A DNA stretch of 64,000 nt from the IMG/VR virus record IMGVR_UViG_3300044611_000958, one strand, 5' to 3'. The notes under the pieces are model-generated. The model was not told the DNA's origin. It searched no databases and saw only the letters and a program-made list of their open reading frames with translations. The DNA comes from an uncultured virus (IMG/VR IMGVR_UViG_3300044611_000958) (Duplodnaviria; Heunggongvirae; Uroviricota; Caudoviricetes). The translations under genes were made by a program, and so were the position numbers. Below, in pieces: positions 28,316 through 39,678 of the stretch (its first letter is position 1; every line of letters starts with the position of its first letter).

Positions 28316-30060
28316 TGCCTATTACCAACGGTTCTTTAGTTATTTATGCTAGTAATAACGATGAGCCAGCACCAAATTATCTTCCAAATCAGTATGCCTA
28401 TCAAATTAGGCCATGCCCATTAGTCTCTATTAGTCAAAGCCCAATACGTAACGGCATGGGTTACTTGGGCGCTGAATATACTATTACATTAACCGGAACT
28501 GTTCCTTTTGATAAATTTTTAATTGATACAAGTCCGAACGCAACTACTACTACTACGGTAGAGCCGTCTCCACCAAATATAAGGGTGAGATATTTCTTTG
28601 AAAGACAAAAAGTACTTAGTAATTTATTTTCTTCTCCATACCTAAAATTAGAATTTCAAGACCCACATAATGGCGCCGCCATATGGTATTGTTTTGCAAA
28701 ACTAGAAAGTTTGAATTTTGAAGAGGGTACTTATTTTTCCAAAATGGATTATGTTGCTACGTTTAGCGCCAATGAATTATATAACACCAATGGCACATTA
28801 TTCGAATCCTCTAAGCCAGCTCTTATGCAAGGATATGGAAACCATCCGAACCCAAGTGGTAGAGGCTTACAGGATTTTAATGAAACTTGGGATTTTCAAG
28901 TAGATGATTCCACTGGATACACTATAGATCCACGCGCTAGCAATGCCGGTGAATATATAAGACCAAGAACGTTTATTTTAACTAGGAACTTATCTGCAAC
29001 GGGTAGAACAGAAGCAAATAGATTAGCTTCACCATCTAAAAGTGATAGATTTCCTACGCCAGCTTGGCAATCTGCTAGAGATTATGTTTTTGCTTATGCC
29101 TCTGGAAATGATTATCTTTTTTATCTTAATTCTGGCACACATCACGGCCACTTAGGTGGTACGAATAATCTAAATAAATATATTGGCTATAATCATTCCC
29201 GAACAGAATCTTTAGACAAAGGTGCTGGTTCTTTTTCTATAACAGATACGTGGATATTGGCACCAACCGGATCTCAGGGGCTAGAAAGTTTTAACACTTC
29301 GATTGAATCATCTACTGACAATTCATATATTAGAGTTTCAATAGATGGAACTGTTAAGGGCTTGTCTACTTGGCATCCGTCTGGAGAATATTCAAAAACC
29401 GCAAATACAAATCCAGCACTAACTTTAGCGGAATCGCAAAATTCTCCATACGCCAACGCGCAAGCGCATTTTCAAAAAATTAGTCACAGTGGAAATTTTG
29501 GTTTTCATTCAAAAATTTATAAACGAGTTAACTCTCTTATAAATCCTAATTTGAATACAACGCCACTCTCTGTAACGGTTGGTAGTAATCCAATAACGGG
29601 AGAAATTACCTACAGTGTTGCTTATGACAATAGGCCACATAATTATTTTACAAATGTGATTTCTGAAGTTATTAATGTAACAGATACTTATCCCGGAGAT
29701 ATTTTTACTGTTATACCCGTAATTGGTCGCCCAACTGGCCCCGTTTTACAGGCAGCGTTTGGAAGGACAGAGTATAAAAGAGACATACAAATAGAAATGA
29801 TATTAGATTATACTGATATAGCCGCTGATCACACCGACTTTGCGTTTAGAGGTGGAAGAAGAAGAGAAAGCTTACTACTAAGAAAGCCCAGTATAAATAC
29901 AATATTAAAACAAGAGTTACAAGCTCTAATTTCAGATCTTAGTCCAGCAAATGAGCCGGGAATTAGAAAATATTATTTATCAGCACCAACTGAATCTTGG
30001 AATCCAAAAGATGGAAGATATACATTAAATTTAAGCTGGACATATGAATTGAGCGAATAA
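28315..30060 (+). CDS. putative distal tail/hub protein
   Basis: Beta-rich 581-aa protein after the TMP and giant protein; 'YTITLTG' N-terminus and 'G.YTLNLSWTY' C-terminus resemble tail tube/Dit-fold proteins. Confidence 0.45.
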   Translation: MPITNGSLVIYASNNDEPAPNYLPNQYAYQIRPCPLVSISQSPIRNGMGYLGAEYTITLTGTVPFDKFLIDTSPNATTTTTVEPSPPNIRVRYFFERQKVLSNLFSSPYLKLEFQDPHNGAAIWYCFAKLESLNFEEGTYFSKMDYVATFSANELYNTNGTLFESSKPALMQGYGNHPNPSGRGLQDFNETWDFQVDDSTGYTIDPRASNAGEYIRPRTFILTRNLSATGRTEANRLASPSKSDRFPTPAWQSARDYVFAYASGNDYLFYLNSGTHHGHLGGTNNLNKYIGYNHSRTESLDKGAGSFSITDTWILAPTGSQGLESFNTSIESSTDNSYIRVSIDGTVKGLSTWHPSGEYSKTANTNPALTLAESQNSPYANAQAHFQKISHSGNFGFHSKIYKRVNSLINPNLNTTPLSVTVGSNPITGEITYSVAYDNRPHNYFTNVISEVINVTDTYPGDIFTVIPVIGRPTGPVLQAAFGRTEYKRDIQIEMILDYTDIAADHTDFAFRGGRRRESLLLRKPSINTILKQELQALISDLSPANEPGIRKYYLSAPTESWNPKDGRYTLNLSWTYELSE

Positions 30061-30061
30061 T

Positions 30062-30748
30062 ATGGATTTACAAACAAATTTATATTTAAACCCGCCGTAT
30101 CCAGAACAAGTATTTGCTTATAAGCATCAAACTGTGGGTCTTTATTGGCCATTAATGCCTTCTGGTCAGGGTAACTTTTCTGAACAGAATGCGGCTGGGC
30201 CTATCGCGGCATTTTCTTTGCCACCGCGTGATAATCCACCTTTCTTAAGAACTAATAGCCAACTAGATAATTATAATCCATATGGAGTTTCTGGTGTTTT
30301 ATTTGAAACTACAGAAGATATAAATGCATATAATGGAGCATGGACTCTAGAAACTATAAATCAGTATAATGATTTTGGAGTTCCTACAGGTTCTGTTAAC
30401 GGTATTGTTTCATTTTTACGACCAGCATATTATCCTACAATAAAAACATCGCTTTTTTCTAAATCTAGCGGCATCGTTAATGCACAAGCTCATAGTCTAG
30501 CTTTAAACGCAAAAGAATCTGGCATCACTAATCCCAATACTACGCCAAAAGGTATGAATTACTTGTCAAATGCTTATTATTATGTAACAACAAAATCTGA
30601 ATTTAATTTTTCTCCGTACTTAATTAACAATAGAACTAATTATCCCCTTACTAATCAAACTGCAAGCTTAATTGCCAGTGGACTTGCTAATAATATAAAA
30701 ACTATTTCAATGACTTCTGGCGTTATAACGGACGTATTAACATATTAA
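30062..30748 (+). CDS. hypothetical virion protein
   Basis: Asn/Pro/Tyr-rich ORF in the tail-tip operon. Confidence 0.45.
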   Translation: MDLQTNLYLNPPYPEQVFAYKHQTVGLYWPLMPSGQGNFSEQNAAGPIAAFSLPPRDNPPFLRTNSQLDNYNPYGVSGVLFETTEDINAYNGAWTLETINQYNDFGVPTGSVNGIVSFLRPAYYPTIKTSLFSKSSGIVNAQAHSLALNAKESGITNPNTTPKGMNYLSNAYYYVTTKSEFNFSPYLINNRTNYPLTNQTASLIASGLANNIKTISMTSGVITDVLTY

Positions 30749-30757
30749 GGAAATAAA

Positions 30758-33700
30758 ATGGCTGAATATTTTTCATTATCTAACACATTAAGGAACGCTC
30801 ATTCTCCAGCAGCTTTTGAGCAGCAGTCATTTTTAGGTGCTAGTATAGTAAATTTTACTTTAAATTGCGGCATGGGAGATTCTAGTTCTAGCTTAAACGT
30901 TGAGTTAGTAATAGATGAATTCAATTCCGGCGACACAACAGCGCTTGGGTTTGGCCAGGATATATATCACAGTGGTGTTCGTGATAGATTTTCTCCACCA
31001 CCCATAGGAAGTCCTGTATTTTTTTCTTTTGGGCATAAGAGAGCGCCAATTAAAGAGGCTTATGTTAAAACATTTGATGATTTATGTGGCACGACTTTTT
31101 CCTCGCCAACCGCAAACGGTTACTACCATTTAACATTTGGCGGCATACTACAATCCTATACTAAAAATAATAGCTCCACAATGGGAGAAAAGTACTCTGT
31201 CAATGTTGTTGATCCTAGAGAAATATTGGCCAACGCTCAGATGATTTTAAATAATTATGGTGGATCAAATTATGGTAGTACCAATCTAGTAAATATATAT
31301 GGATTTTTAGAACACAATCTTGCAGATGAATCACCGTTGCCAACAGCGAAGCTGCCGGTAGAAAAAGTTCTTAGAGATAATGGAACTTTTTATTATAACG
31401 GTAGTGACATGAGATATAACGGAATGATTCCAACAGTTCAATTTGCTAGAGATTATATGTTGGCGCAATTAAATGCGTATGGCTATCGCAGATTTCCATT
31501 AGATTTTGATAAAGTTATATATGATCCAAGATTATTTGAAAGCTCTATAAACATAGGGTCTTATTTCACTACCAGCCCAACTAACACGTTGACAAGGTTC
31601 CCACTGACAGGAACCGGTTTTTCTAGAATTAATAATGGTGGTATGCCAATTTATAGAATAATACAAGCGATTAATGCAATGTGTGGATTTTACGGTCCCG
31701 TTCCATTAGAATATTTGCAAGCCGGTTATAGTTCTTATATATACTTTAGGGGTTTAAAATATGTAGTAGACTTATCTAGCCTCCCAATTGTAGATCCAAC
31801 ACAGAGACTAGATTATGATCAAATGAGCGTTTTGGATTTTTGTTTAGAAATGTGCGATATAGCCAATCACGATTTAATCGTTACGCTTTTACCAATTGTA
31901 GATATATGTGGATCTTTTTATCAATTTAATCTTAACAGCGCAACCCCTTCCGATCCACCTTTTGGTGGTATCATCAAAATTTCAACCGTTGATAGATCCA
32001 ACCCGCCAAGGTTTGGCACGTTGCAAACTTTTATTAACACTATTAAAAATCCAGAATCGACAGACGTTGGATTTGAATTATCTAATATAACATCAGATAA
32101 ATTTTTAGTCGGCGCGCAAAAGGTTGACCAGCACTTTTTTACTACTGCTCACGATCAACTACTTCCAGCCGATGAATATAAATTAGACAAACAATTTGAT
32201 TTGCAAGTCATTCCTTATTATGGCCTTATAAATAATCAAGCAGTTACCATCCCAAAGGGAACCGGTCCATATAAACAAATTTTATTAGACTCTTCTACTC
32301 TAAATGCTAATGGTGTTGGAGACTTTTATGTGGCGACGGAAATGGAACTTAGATGCGCCTCTGTTTCATATGAGCAATGGTCACAGTTCTTACTTATGTA
32401 TAATGATAAGTATCTTGAGTCAGTAGAAGCTAACGATATAAGAGATAATATTACTATAGCTCAATCTCAAGCGGCTGGAGGAAATAAGTTCATAGCACAG
32501 AAAAATAATTACGCCGTTACCGTTCCAAGATGTGTTTGGGGTCCACCGCAATCAGAAGTTTTATTTTCCGGCAATCTACCTATATCGTCTAATTTTTGTA
32601 ATCCTCCATATGGATATCCTTTATATTACAAAAGGGCTACACAAATAGGTATACCAGAAGCTGGACTAGTTGGCACTATAAGCAAGGGAAACAGAATAAT
32701 ATCAGATATAGAAAAATTATTATCTTTAAAGCCAGACCAGCAGGGGGCGTTAATAAATAATATATATGACTCTTTATCAGAAGAAAGAACATACGGTAAA
32801 GATTTTAGCCGAATGGAGCAAGAATTATTTAATATACTTAAATCTTATAGAGATGCTATACGTAACAATCAACCACTCCCAAACGACCACGCATTTGTTA
32901 TGAACTCATTATTAAAAAATGCCATATCTATGGTGGCAAAATCTAAAAAGCAAGCTAAAGACAGTTTAAGGAATGCTAAGCGCGTATATGACTTTTTAAA
33001 AAATATAGCAGATGAATGTTTAGGGAAAAAATATTTAGTTAAAATACCTCAAAAAGTAAATGAATCTTTTAACTACTACATAAACGGCGGGACGCCCGGA
33101 AATGTAACGCGAAGAGGTTTACAACCCGGAAATAATACTATTCCTGCTCCAACGTTTACTCATAATAATACATTGATTACCTCTGGGCCATATGGATTCA
33201 TGCCAAAGTCAATCAATAGTCAACTTTTTCCAACAGCTGGAAATGCCAACTTTGTTAAGGATATGCTTCAGGCGCCGCCACCAACCGTGGTAAACATCCC
33301 TTCTAGTAATCGAAGGTGGACAGGTGCTTTAAAAGTTAATAGAAATCCATTTAATAGCGAATTTGAATTTAATTATTACCCAGAACCCAACGGTGGATTT
33401 TATGATTTTAATATGGAGCAAATGGTTGGCGGTGGACCGTTAGCAGTCAGACAGGGTTTAATTCCCATAGACGCTTCTAACTTTTTAACGGATAATGGTA
33501 GGCTTTGCGCATATGTAAGGTATGATAACAGTCATTTCCTATCTTTTGATAAAATGCCACAAGATTCTTTTACTCAACAGAGAAAAGAAAATAACTTTTT
33601 TTCACCAGATGTTTCTTATAACTTGCCAAATACTACAAGTATGACCGAAGTGCCATCTCCAGCAGATGTTGCGGCGAATACTAATTTATCGGCTGTCGCG

Positions 33701-35335
33701 TTTATTAAGTGTACACTAGATGATAAATTTTATATGCCACCGCTAGGCGCTTATATTAATAAACAGATACATAATGGCGTTACTTCAAAAACACTAAGAG
33801 GAAAGCCTAGAAAAGTAACAGATCCGCAAAATAGTTGCAAAGAAGTTGACGGAATAACACCAATGAGTTGGCACTTTGAGCCAACAAGTCAGGCTGGTGG
33901 TCAATTTTCAGTGTATGATTTTGTTTTTAGGAAAAATTTAACCATTTCTAATCCAAATGGCAACGTACAGATATTCTCAAATCAAGGAAATTTATATCAA
34001 CCATATTTACAATTAGACACAAGACACGTTTATGCTTTAATAACGCTTCCAGATAAGGTAGTTCCCACAGTAACCACTTTAATGGGTCAAAAATCAGACG
34101 CAAATATCTTAACATATATGCATTTATTATTTGCAGACACAATAAAAAGTAATCAAGATCCAGGCGGCTTTAATACACTTCAGGGTCATACCCAAGCTTT
34201 TCCTCCAAGCTTTACTAGCGGGGCATATAGAGATGAGTTTTCATTAGATACGTGGGCAGCTAGCGCAAGTGAGGCTGAAAAAAAAGCTATATCTGGTTTA
34301 ACTTTTGCTTCTCAAAAAATAGAGTTCGCCGCACCATCTCCAGTTATTCCTTCTTTGGTTGCGCTTCCTTTACTATCTAAATCGGATTGCTACGGGCCTT
34401 GGAGAAGTGTAATGTTTCATGATTTAAATAATAACCAGACATTTAATCAGACCGACATGTTAATGGGCGGTAAAGTAGAATTCATAAAAGATGAAAATTT
34501 AGCCCCTTGGAATTTCAATGGTTATACGCTTATGGATGAGTGTGGTAAGTCTTTAGCTAGATTTTTATCGACACCAATGATATATGCAGAGCGTGGGGGT
34601 TTCACGGTGGCAGACGCTCCTAGTGGCTTAAGCTTGGGAAGTATAATAAGATGGCAAGGCTTAAATTCTACTACTAATTCTGTGGAAACGTTTTATGGGC
34701 CACTCATTACAAATATATCAACTTCTGTTTCTAGCGATAGCATAAGAACAACATATCAGTGTAATTCATATACAGCTTCTTTTGGTAGACTTGAAAAAAA
34801 GAAACAAGAATTAATATCAAAAATTTCAAGAAATCAACAAAAAATTAAAGATGAAAAAAATGCTTTAATAAGAAAAAATATTGGTAAAAATCAAAATTCT
34901 ATAAATTATAATAAACTATATAAGGACATGCAACAAATTTCTAGGTCACAATCTAGAAATGATTATTCTAACATTGAGGCTGGTAAACCTATCAATAATA
35001 ATAATTTAGAAATTTATTCTACACAGCCACAAAAACAAGATTTTACTATATTTAGAGATAATGGAACCACACAAAATGTTAGCGGTGTTTTGAATGGAGA
35101 TTTTTCTGCAATATCTACAACTCACGAAAATTACGCAGAAATGGCATCTATTATGATGCAAAATCCAACGGCCTTTTTTAGATCGCACTATTTTTCTGCA
35201 ATACAAGATAAAACAGAGAGTTCTATTGCAGTATCTTTGGAGCCATACCATCCAACAATGCCAGTTATGGAAAATGAATCTATGATTAATATGGACTATA
35301 ACGACAAAATCGAAGGTGTCACTTATTGGAGTTAA
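30758..35335 (+). CDS. large tail-tip/baseplate hub protein (1525 aa)
   Basis: Hub-like N-terminus ('FLGASI..F....G...SSLNVELV', 'FGGILQ', 'YSVNVVDPREIL') and C-terminus ('ITNISTSVS...TTY') followed by a coiled coil. Confidence 0.55.
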   Translation: MAEYFSLSNTLRNAHSPAAFEQQSFLGASIVNFTLNCGMGDSSSSLNVELVIDEFNSGDTTALGFGQDIYHSGVRDRFSPPPIGSPVFFSFGHKRAPIKEAYVKTFDDLCGTTFSSPTANGYYHLTFGGILQSYTKNNSSTMGEKYSVNVVDPREILANAQMILNNYGGSNYGSTNLVNIYGFLEHNLADESPLPTAKLPVEKVLRDNGTFYYNGSDMRYNGMIPTVQFARDYMLAQLNAYGYRRFPLDFDKVIYDPRLFESSINIGSYFTTSPTNTLTRFPLTGTGFSRINNGGMPIYRIIQAINAMCGFYGPVPLEYLQAGYSSYIYFRGLKYVVDLSSLPIVDPTQRLDYDQMSVLDFCLEMCDIANHDLIVTLLPIVDICGSFYQFNLNSATPSDPPFGGIIKISTVDRSNPPRFGTLQTFINTIKNPESTDVGFELSNITSDKFLVGAQKVDQHFFTTAHDQLLPADEYKLDKQFDLQVIPYYGLINNQAVTIPKGTGPYKQILLDSSTLNANGVGDFYVATEMELRCASVSYEQWSQFLLMYNDKYLESVEANDIRDNITIAQSQAAGGNKFIAQKNNYAVTVPRCVWGPPQSEVLFSGNLPISSNFCNPPYGYPLYYKRATQIGIPEAGLVGTISKGNRIISDIEKLLSLKPDQQGALINNIYDSLSEERTYGKDFSRMEQELFNILKSYRDAIRNNQPLPNDHAFVMNSLLKNAISMVAKSKKQAKDSLRNAKRVYDFLKNIADECLGKKYLVKIPQKVNESFNYYINGGTPGNVTRRGLQPGNNTIPAPTFTHNNTLITSGPYGFMPKSINSQLFPTAGNANFVKDMLQAPPPTVVNIPSSNRRWTGALKVNRNPFNSEFEFNYYPEPNGGFYDFNMEQMVGGGPLAVRQGLIPIDASNFLTDNGRLCAYVRYDNSHFLSFDKMPQDSFTQQRKENNFFSPDVSYNLPNTTSMTEVPSPADVAANTNLSAVAFIKCTLDDKFYMPPLGAYINKQIHNGVTSKTLRGKPRKVTDPQNSCKEVDGITPMSWHFEPTSQAGGQFSVYDFVFRKNLTISNPNGNVQIFSNQGNLYQPYLQLDTRHVYALITLPDKVVPTVTTLMGQKSDANILTYMHLLFADTIKSNQDPGGFNTLQGHTQAFPPSFTSGAYRDEFSLDTWAASASEAEKKAISGLTFASQKIEFAAPSPVIPSLVALPLLSKSDCYGPWRSVMFHDLNNNQTFNQTDMLMGGKVEFIKDENLAPWNFNGYTLMDECGKSLARFLSTPMIYAERGGFTVADAPSGLSLGSIIRWQGLNSTTNSVETFYGPLITNISTSVSSDSIRTTYQCNSYTASFGRLEKKKQELISKISRNQQKIKDEKNALIRKNIGKNQNSINYNKLYKDMQQISRSQSRNDYSNIEAGKPINNNNLEIYSTQPQKQDFTIFRDNGTTQNVSGVLNGDFSAISTTHENYAEMASIMMQNPTAFFRSHYFSAIQDKTESSIAVSLEPYHPTMPVMENESMINMDYNDKIEGVTYWS

Positions 35336-35337
35336 TT

Positions 35338-38300
35338 ATGAGTAAAGGAAATCCACTATCTTCTCAGCCGTCAAAGCATTCTATTCATATTTATATGGAT
35401 GACGCCACATTTAAAGGTCTTGGCTCTACAAACGTCTTAGACTTCAAAGCGCTGGTTAGAAGTGATATGCGACAGAGAATTTTTGGAAGCGCAACTTTAA
35501 CTGCTAACAGTACGCCATTTGACTATATTAAAATTCTTAAACCTAATATAAAATATTCTTACACAAGGTTTGATGTTACTTCAAAAACATACAATAGAGT
35601 TATTATTTCAGAAGCAGACATATTAAACCTTATAGCATATCATGAAAAAAATGAAGAAACAGGAGAATCAGATCCTCCTCAGAGTAGGAAAACTATTAGA
35701 GACATTCAGAATAGTCTACATGGATATATTGCTGGAACTACTAGCTCGGATGGATCGGGAGAGGTTTTTGCTTCTGTTCATTTTTTAAAATCTGATAAAT
35801 CTAATGGAAGAAAAATAATACCCAGTAATATACCAATTATTTCAGACTATCCAAGAACAGATGCTGGTACAAAATATTCTTTCAGAGCAACTTTAAATCA
35901 TCAACAAAGTGGAGTTAATGGCGAAAATATTGGTGTTTATAAGAAAACTGACGGAAATACAGACTCTCCTTCTGACAAGGTGGCGGCACCATTAAGGCTT
36001 TCTTATGATAGAAGTAATGGCACTTGGGGAGTAGCCAATCAAATGTTGGTAGTTGCAGCAGAGAATATTGAATCTGCAAATATTAGACCTCTAGACGAAG
36101 TAGACTCTTTACTTAATGGCGCTTTAAATCCAGATGATTTTAGTGTGGGTTCCGTTGACCAAAAGCCACAAAAAGGAATAGGAAACTTTACAACTGGTAA
36201 AGGTGTAGTTTTCTCTCCAGAAAGAGGAAATCCGCACATGTTTACTCCTAATTTTATACAGTGTTCTTCTGGAGAACGTCCTGTAGAAACAATAAGAATT
36301 ACAAATCGCACAAATGGAACCATAAAAAAGGGTTCACTTCTAATGTGCAATTATATAAATGGAGAATGGATACCAACGGTAATTAGAGAATCAGATGAGG
36401 TTAAAACTGCCGCAAATAAGTGGTCTTTTTCTCAATTTATAGTTTCATCTGATTTCTTTTTCAAGGATAATAGATTTTATAGCCAAAGACCTTTAGCTCA
36501 AGGAGGGTTTGGATCGACCGCCTCAATAGATGAAGGAAATGCAATATATTCAAAATCAATTTTGGATATCTATAAAAGCAAAGTTAGATTAAAATATTTT
36601 ACAGATTGGGCCGAAGCCGGTATGCTTCATGAGCCTCAATATAATTTAGTTAAAGCTAATTGGTATCCAAATGATTCTAATTTTGAAAGTAGACCAGATT
36701 ATACAGCTAATGATTGGAATTTAGATATACCAGAAGGCTATTTTCAATTTTCTAATTTTGATTTTGTTTCTGATAAACTTGGTGGTCAATGCGCTGGAAC
36801 AATTATAGGAAGAACCAATATAGACCATGGAGAGCCTGTATATAGGCTTGTGAGCGAGACTTATCGTGGAGACAAAGAGCCAGTTGGATATGATCTACCT
36901 TTCTTCTGGGGTGCTGTTTTAACAGATGGGTACGTAGAAACTGAGACTCAGAGATTAAGATCTGGAACAATTCCATACAGTGGAATTGGCCCGATGGTAA
37001 AAAGCACAGGAAATATTGATATATATAACGATACTATTATAGCCAGAGAGTGGGCTGTTCAATCATTGGCTGGCGATGGAACTCTCACTGGGTCTATTGG
37101 TCTTGGTCTTTTTGCTGATTCCTCTGATCCTAACTTTAAACAATTGCCAGCCGACATAGCAACACATGCTAGCCCAAGTGGGAAATATGGTGCGCCTATT
37201 AAAATTCCAAAGATTAAAACTGATCTAAGAAGCTTGAATGTTTTTCAAAACTTGTATCCAGATTTATCTTATTTAACCTCGCAAAGTGGTGAGGTTTTTG
37301 ACTTAAAGCCCGCTAATTCTAATATAATACAATTTACTCCACTGAGTTATCACACTTTGGCTCTTGATAGAGGTAGTAGGTTTGGTCAGGGAAACTGGAA
37401 TCACAGAGGTAGCTCAACGTCTGGTTATTATCGCGTTGGTGGCGGTATAGATCCAGATAGGCGAACTAATCCGGCTGATTTAATGGTTTTGCCCAATAAC
37501 CCAGCGGCATTTATTTATGACGCCGCAAGAGACTTTATATTAGAAGCTAATAGGAACACAAGAATATGGCCGGAAAGATATGATCAAGTAGGAGGCAGTG
37601 GACTGTGGCGACCACTAAATCCTTTTTTAAGAAGCAATACAGTTTTAGCGGCGGAAGAACCATGGGATGGATTTTGGAGTAGTAAAGGTAGAGGAGCAAA
37701 TATGGTTGGTATTACTGGAGCATCCTGCACAGTAAGCCTTGGGGGTAGAAAAGAACTTCCCATATCAACAATTCAAATGCTAGGAATAGGCAAGAAAGCC
37801 GTATCGGGAGGAGGTGGCGGAATTTCATTTTCTAGTGTGGCGCAGGGGTTTGCTACCGCAGGACTTAGCGTTAGTCAGGCTCCAGTTGGTGCCACTAGAA
37901 GTTTGAGCCAGTGGGGTAATAATGACGCTCAAGACTCTTTGGGCGGCGCTGTTTTATATTTACAAGCTTATGAAGCGTGGCCAGAAAGCGACAAATGGTT
38001 TGATGCTAGATATAATGCGGTATTTCATTTTAATCCTCCATCTAATAGTGGAATACCACAAACAACCGTGCTATACTCAGGAATAGCACCACCAAGTAGT
38101 AACCCAATTCCTAGTGGATATACTAATGGTATTCTAACACAAAATTTTAGAAGAACTGTAGATCAAATTACTTCTTCTGTTGAGCATAGAGTTCCATCTA
38201 CATATAATCATGGCGCTAATTCTCATGAAGTTATGGCAATTGGTACGGTTGTAACTTCTGGTACACTTATGGCTCCTCCAAACGAGTGGAAAGTTGAAAG

Positions 38301-38820
38301 GTGTCGCAATAGAAAATTACTACCATTTGTGTACGAAAAATTAGTTATTGGATTGACTACTACGGGTTCGTCTATAGCTAATGCCGGAAGCGGATTTACA
38401 GTTAATGAACAGATAACCGCCTCAAAAGGTGTAAAAGTTAAAATAACTTCTGTTGGAAATAATGGTTCTATTGCCGGATTTAGCCTGCTTGATGCTGGCG
38501 AGGGGTTTTTGCCATCTGATTTTGCTGGAAATGGCTTTGAATTAAAGATGAAAAATGCCATATTAAAATTTACATCCGGCATAGTTTTAAGTAAAATTAC
38601 CAAAGATAGTGGACCACAACGGCTAGTTCAGCCAATGCTCATAAGCACTCCTTCCAAATTTGGAGAAAATGCCAATCTAAAAGAGAAAGATACTGTTATT
38701 GCCATTCCAGATGGTGCAAAAACTAATAGTTTAGACCTATTTTTCTGGTTTCAAAATGATGTAAGCTATACGCCCATGTTTTATAGAACTAATCAGTATA
38801 TAAAAGTTATTTTACAATGA
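35338..38820 (+). CDS. large tail-tip/spike-like virion protein
   Basis: Start refined to ATG 35338 (SD GGAG). OB-like 'ITNRT.....GS......INGEWIP' segment; C-terminal 'I.NAGSGF'/'LDAGEGF' repeats. Confidence 0.5.
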   Translation: MSKGNPLSSQPSKHSIHIYMDDATFKGLGSTNVLDFKALVRSDMRQRIFGSATLTANSTPFDYIKILKPNIKYSYTRFDVTSKTYNRVIISEADILNLIAYHEKNEETGESDPPQSRKTIRDIQNSLHGYIAGTTSSDGSGEVFASVHFLKSDKSNGRKIIPSNIPIISDYPRTDAGTKYSFRATLNHQQSGVNGENIGVYKKTDGNTDSPSDKVAAPLRLSYDRSNGTWGVANQMLVVAAENIESANIRPLDEVDSLLNGALNPDDFSVGSVDQKPQKGIGNFTTGKGVVFSPERGNPHMFTPNFIQCSSGERPVETIRITNRTNGTIKKGSLLMCNYINGEWIPTVIRESDEVKTAANKWSFSQFIVSSDFFFKDNRFYSQRPLAQGGFGSTASIDEGNAIYSKSILDIYKSKVRLKYFTDWAEAGMLHEPQYNLVKANWYPNDSNFESRPDYTANDWNLDIPEGYFQFSNFDFVSDKLGGQCAGTIIGRTNIDHGEPVYRLVSETYRGDKEPVGYDLPFFWGAVLTDGYVETETQRLRSGTIPYSGIGPMVKSTGNIDIYNDTIIAREWAVQSLAGDGTLTGSIGLGLFADSSDPNFKQLPADIATHASPSGKYGAPIKIPKIKTDLRSLNVFQNLYPDLSYLTSQSGEVFDLKPANSNIIQFTPLSYHTLALDRGSRFGQGNWNHRGSSTSGYYRVGGGIDPDRRTNPADLMVLPNNPAAFIYDAARDFILEANRNTRIWPERYDQVGGSGLWRPLNPFLRSNTVLAAEEPWDGFWSSKGRGANMVGITGASCTVSLGGRKELPISTIQMLGIGKKAVSGGGGGISFSSVAQGFATAGLSVSQAPVGATRSLSQWGNNDAQDSLGGAVLYLQAYEAWPESDKWFDARYNAVFHFNPPSNSGIPQTTVLYSGIAPPSSNPIPSGYTNGILTQNFRRTVDQITSSVEHRVPSTYNHGANSHEVMAIGTVVTSGTLMAPPNEWKVERCRNRKLLPFVYEKLVIGLTTTGSSIANAGSGFTVNEQITASKGVKVKITSVGNNGSIAGFSLLDAGEGFLPSDFAGNGFELKMKNAILKFTSGIVLSKITKDSGPQRLVQPMLISTPSKFGENANLKEKDTVIAIPDGAKTNSLDLFFWFQNDVSYTPMFYRTNQYIKVILQ

Positions 38821-38826
38821 GTTTTC

Positions 38827-38836
38827 GTGTATATAT
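38827..38836 (+). promoter_or_regulatory. putative late promoter motif GTGTATATAT
   Basis: Intergenic, about 30 nt upstream of a gene with SD AAGGAG. Confidence 0.5.
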
Positions 38837-38867
38837 TACTAGAATTCAATTATAAGGAGTTAATATA

Positions 38868-39635
38868 ATGGCCGCTGAAATACAATTTTATGCTAATATC
38901 GCTGCTAATGATGCTTTTTCATTAATTAATCATGCCGCAGGCAGCGGATTGGGCTTTTATGGTTCTGAGCATGGTACAGCAGTGCCAGTTGGCGACGTAC
39001 AAAGATCTACATATGTTACTAATTCTACCGGCTCTGCACAGGGCGCAGAATTAAGAAACACCGCATACGCCAACGATGACGCTCCGGGTCCAGGCACAAA
39101 TGAAAGTGAAAGCTTTGTTAAGGTTGATAATGATGTTAATAGACAAACCTTAAAATCTTTACCAAACCAAAAATGCCCACTCAATATTAGGCTAATTACT
39201 GATGATGGCGCAGCCGTCTCGGTTAGAAATTGTAAACTATCAATTTATGATAGATTAAATGTCAACAACCACGCTTCTGGCGTAACAACATATGTCTATG
39301 AGGCTAGGCATCCATTCCCAGTAGATGGCGAACAATATGCCTTGGCTCATATCAGCAGTCGCACAGATCCATCGCATCACACTTGGTTTGAGTTTAGCCA
39401 AGGCGGCTCAATGAATATGTTATTAACTGACTCTCCGGGCGTTAGCGGATTTAATACTCAGGGTGGCACTATTCAACACTTGGCTGGACTTTCTACATCT
39501 CAGCAAGCAAACTTTAATCTAGGTTCCAATCACGAAAGCAATAGGCACGATTGGTATATAGCAATTAGTTCAAGTCCAGATAGTATTGGCAGTAAACAAG
39601 ATTACGCTTTATACTTTGAAGCTGAATATTTATAA
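38868..39635 (+). CDS. probable abundant virion structural protein
   Basis: Beta-rich 255 aa; own promoter motif and strong SD; last gene of the structural arm. Confidence 0.5.
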   Translation: MAAEIQFYANIAANDAFSLINHAAGSGLGFYGSEHGTAVPVGDVQRSTYVTNSTGSAQGAELRNTAYANDDAPGPGTNESESFVKVDNDVNRQTLKSLPNQKCPLNIRLITDDGAAVSVRNCKLSIYDRLNVNNHASGVTTYVYEARHPFPVDGEQYALAHISSRTDPSHHTWFEFSQGGSMNMLLTDSPGVSGFNTQGGTIQHLAGLSTSQQANFNLGSNHESNRHDWYIAISSSPDSIGSKQDYALYFEAEYL

Positions 39636-39642
39636 TATATAT

Positions 39643-39678
39643 AAAAAAAGGGGGGAAATTAATCCCCCCTATATTTTT
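39643..39678. terminator. intrinsic terminator, probably bidirectional, between convergent modules
   Basis: AGGGGGGA-AATTAA-TCCCCCCT stem (39649-39670) with A7 on the left (U-tract for the minus strand) and ATATTTTT on the right. Confidence 0.85.
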
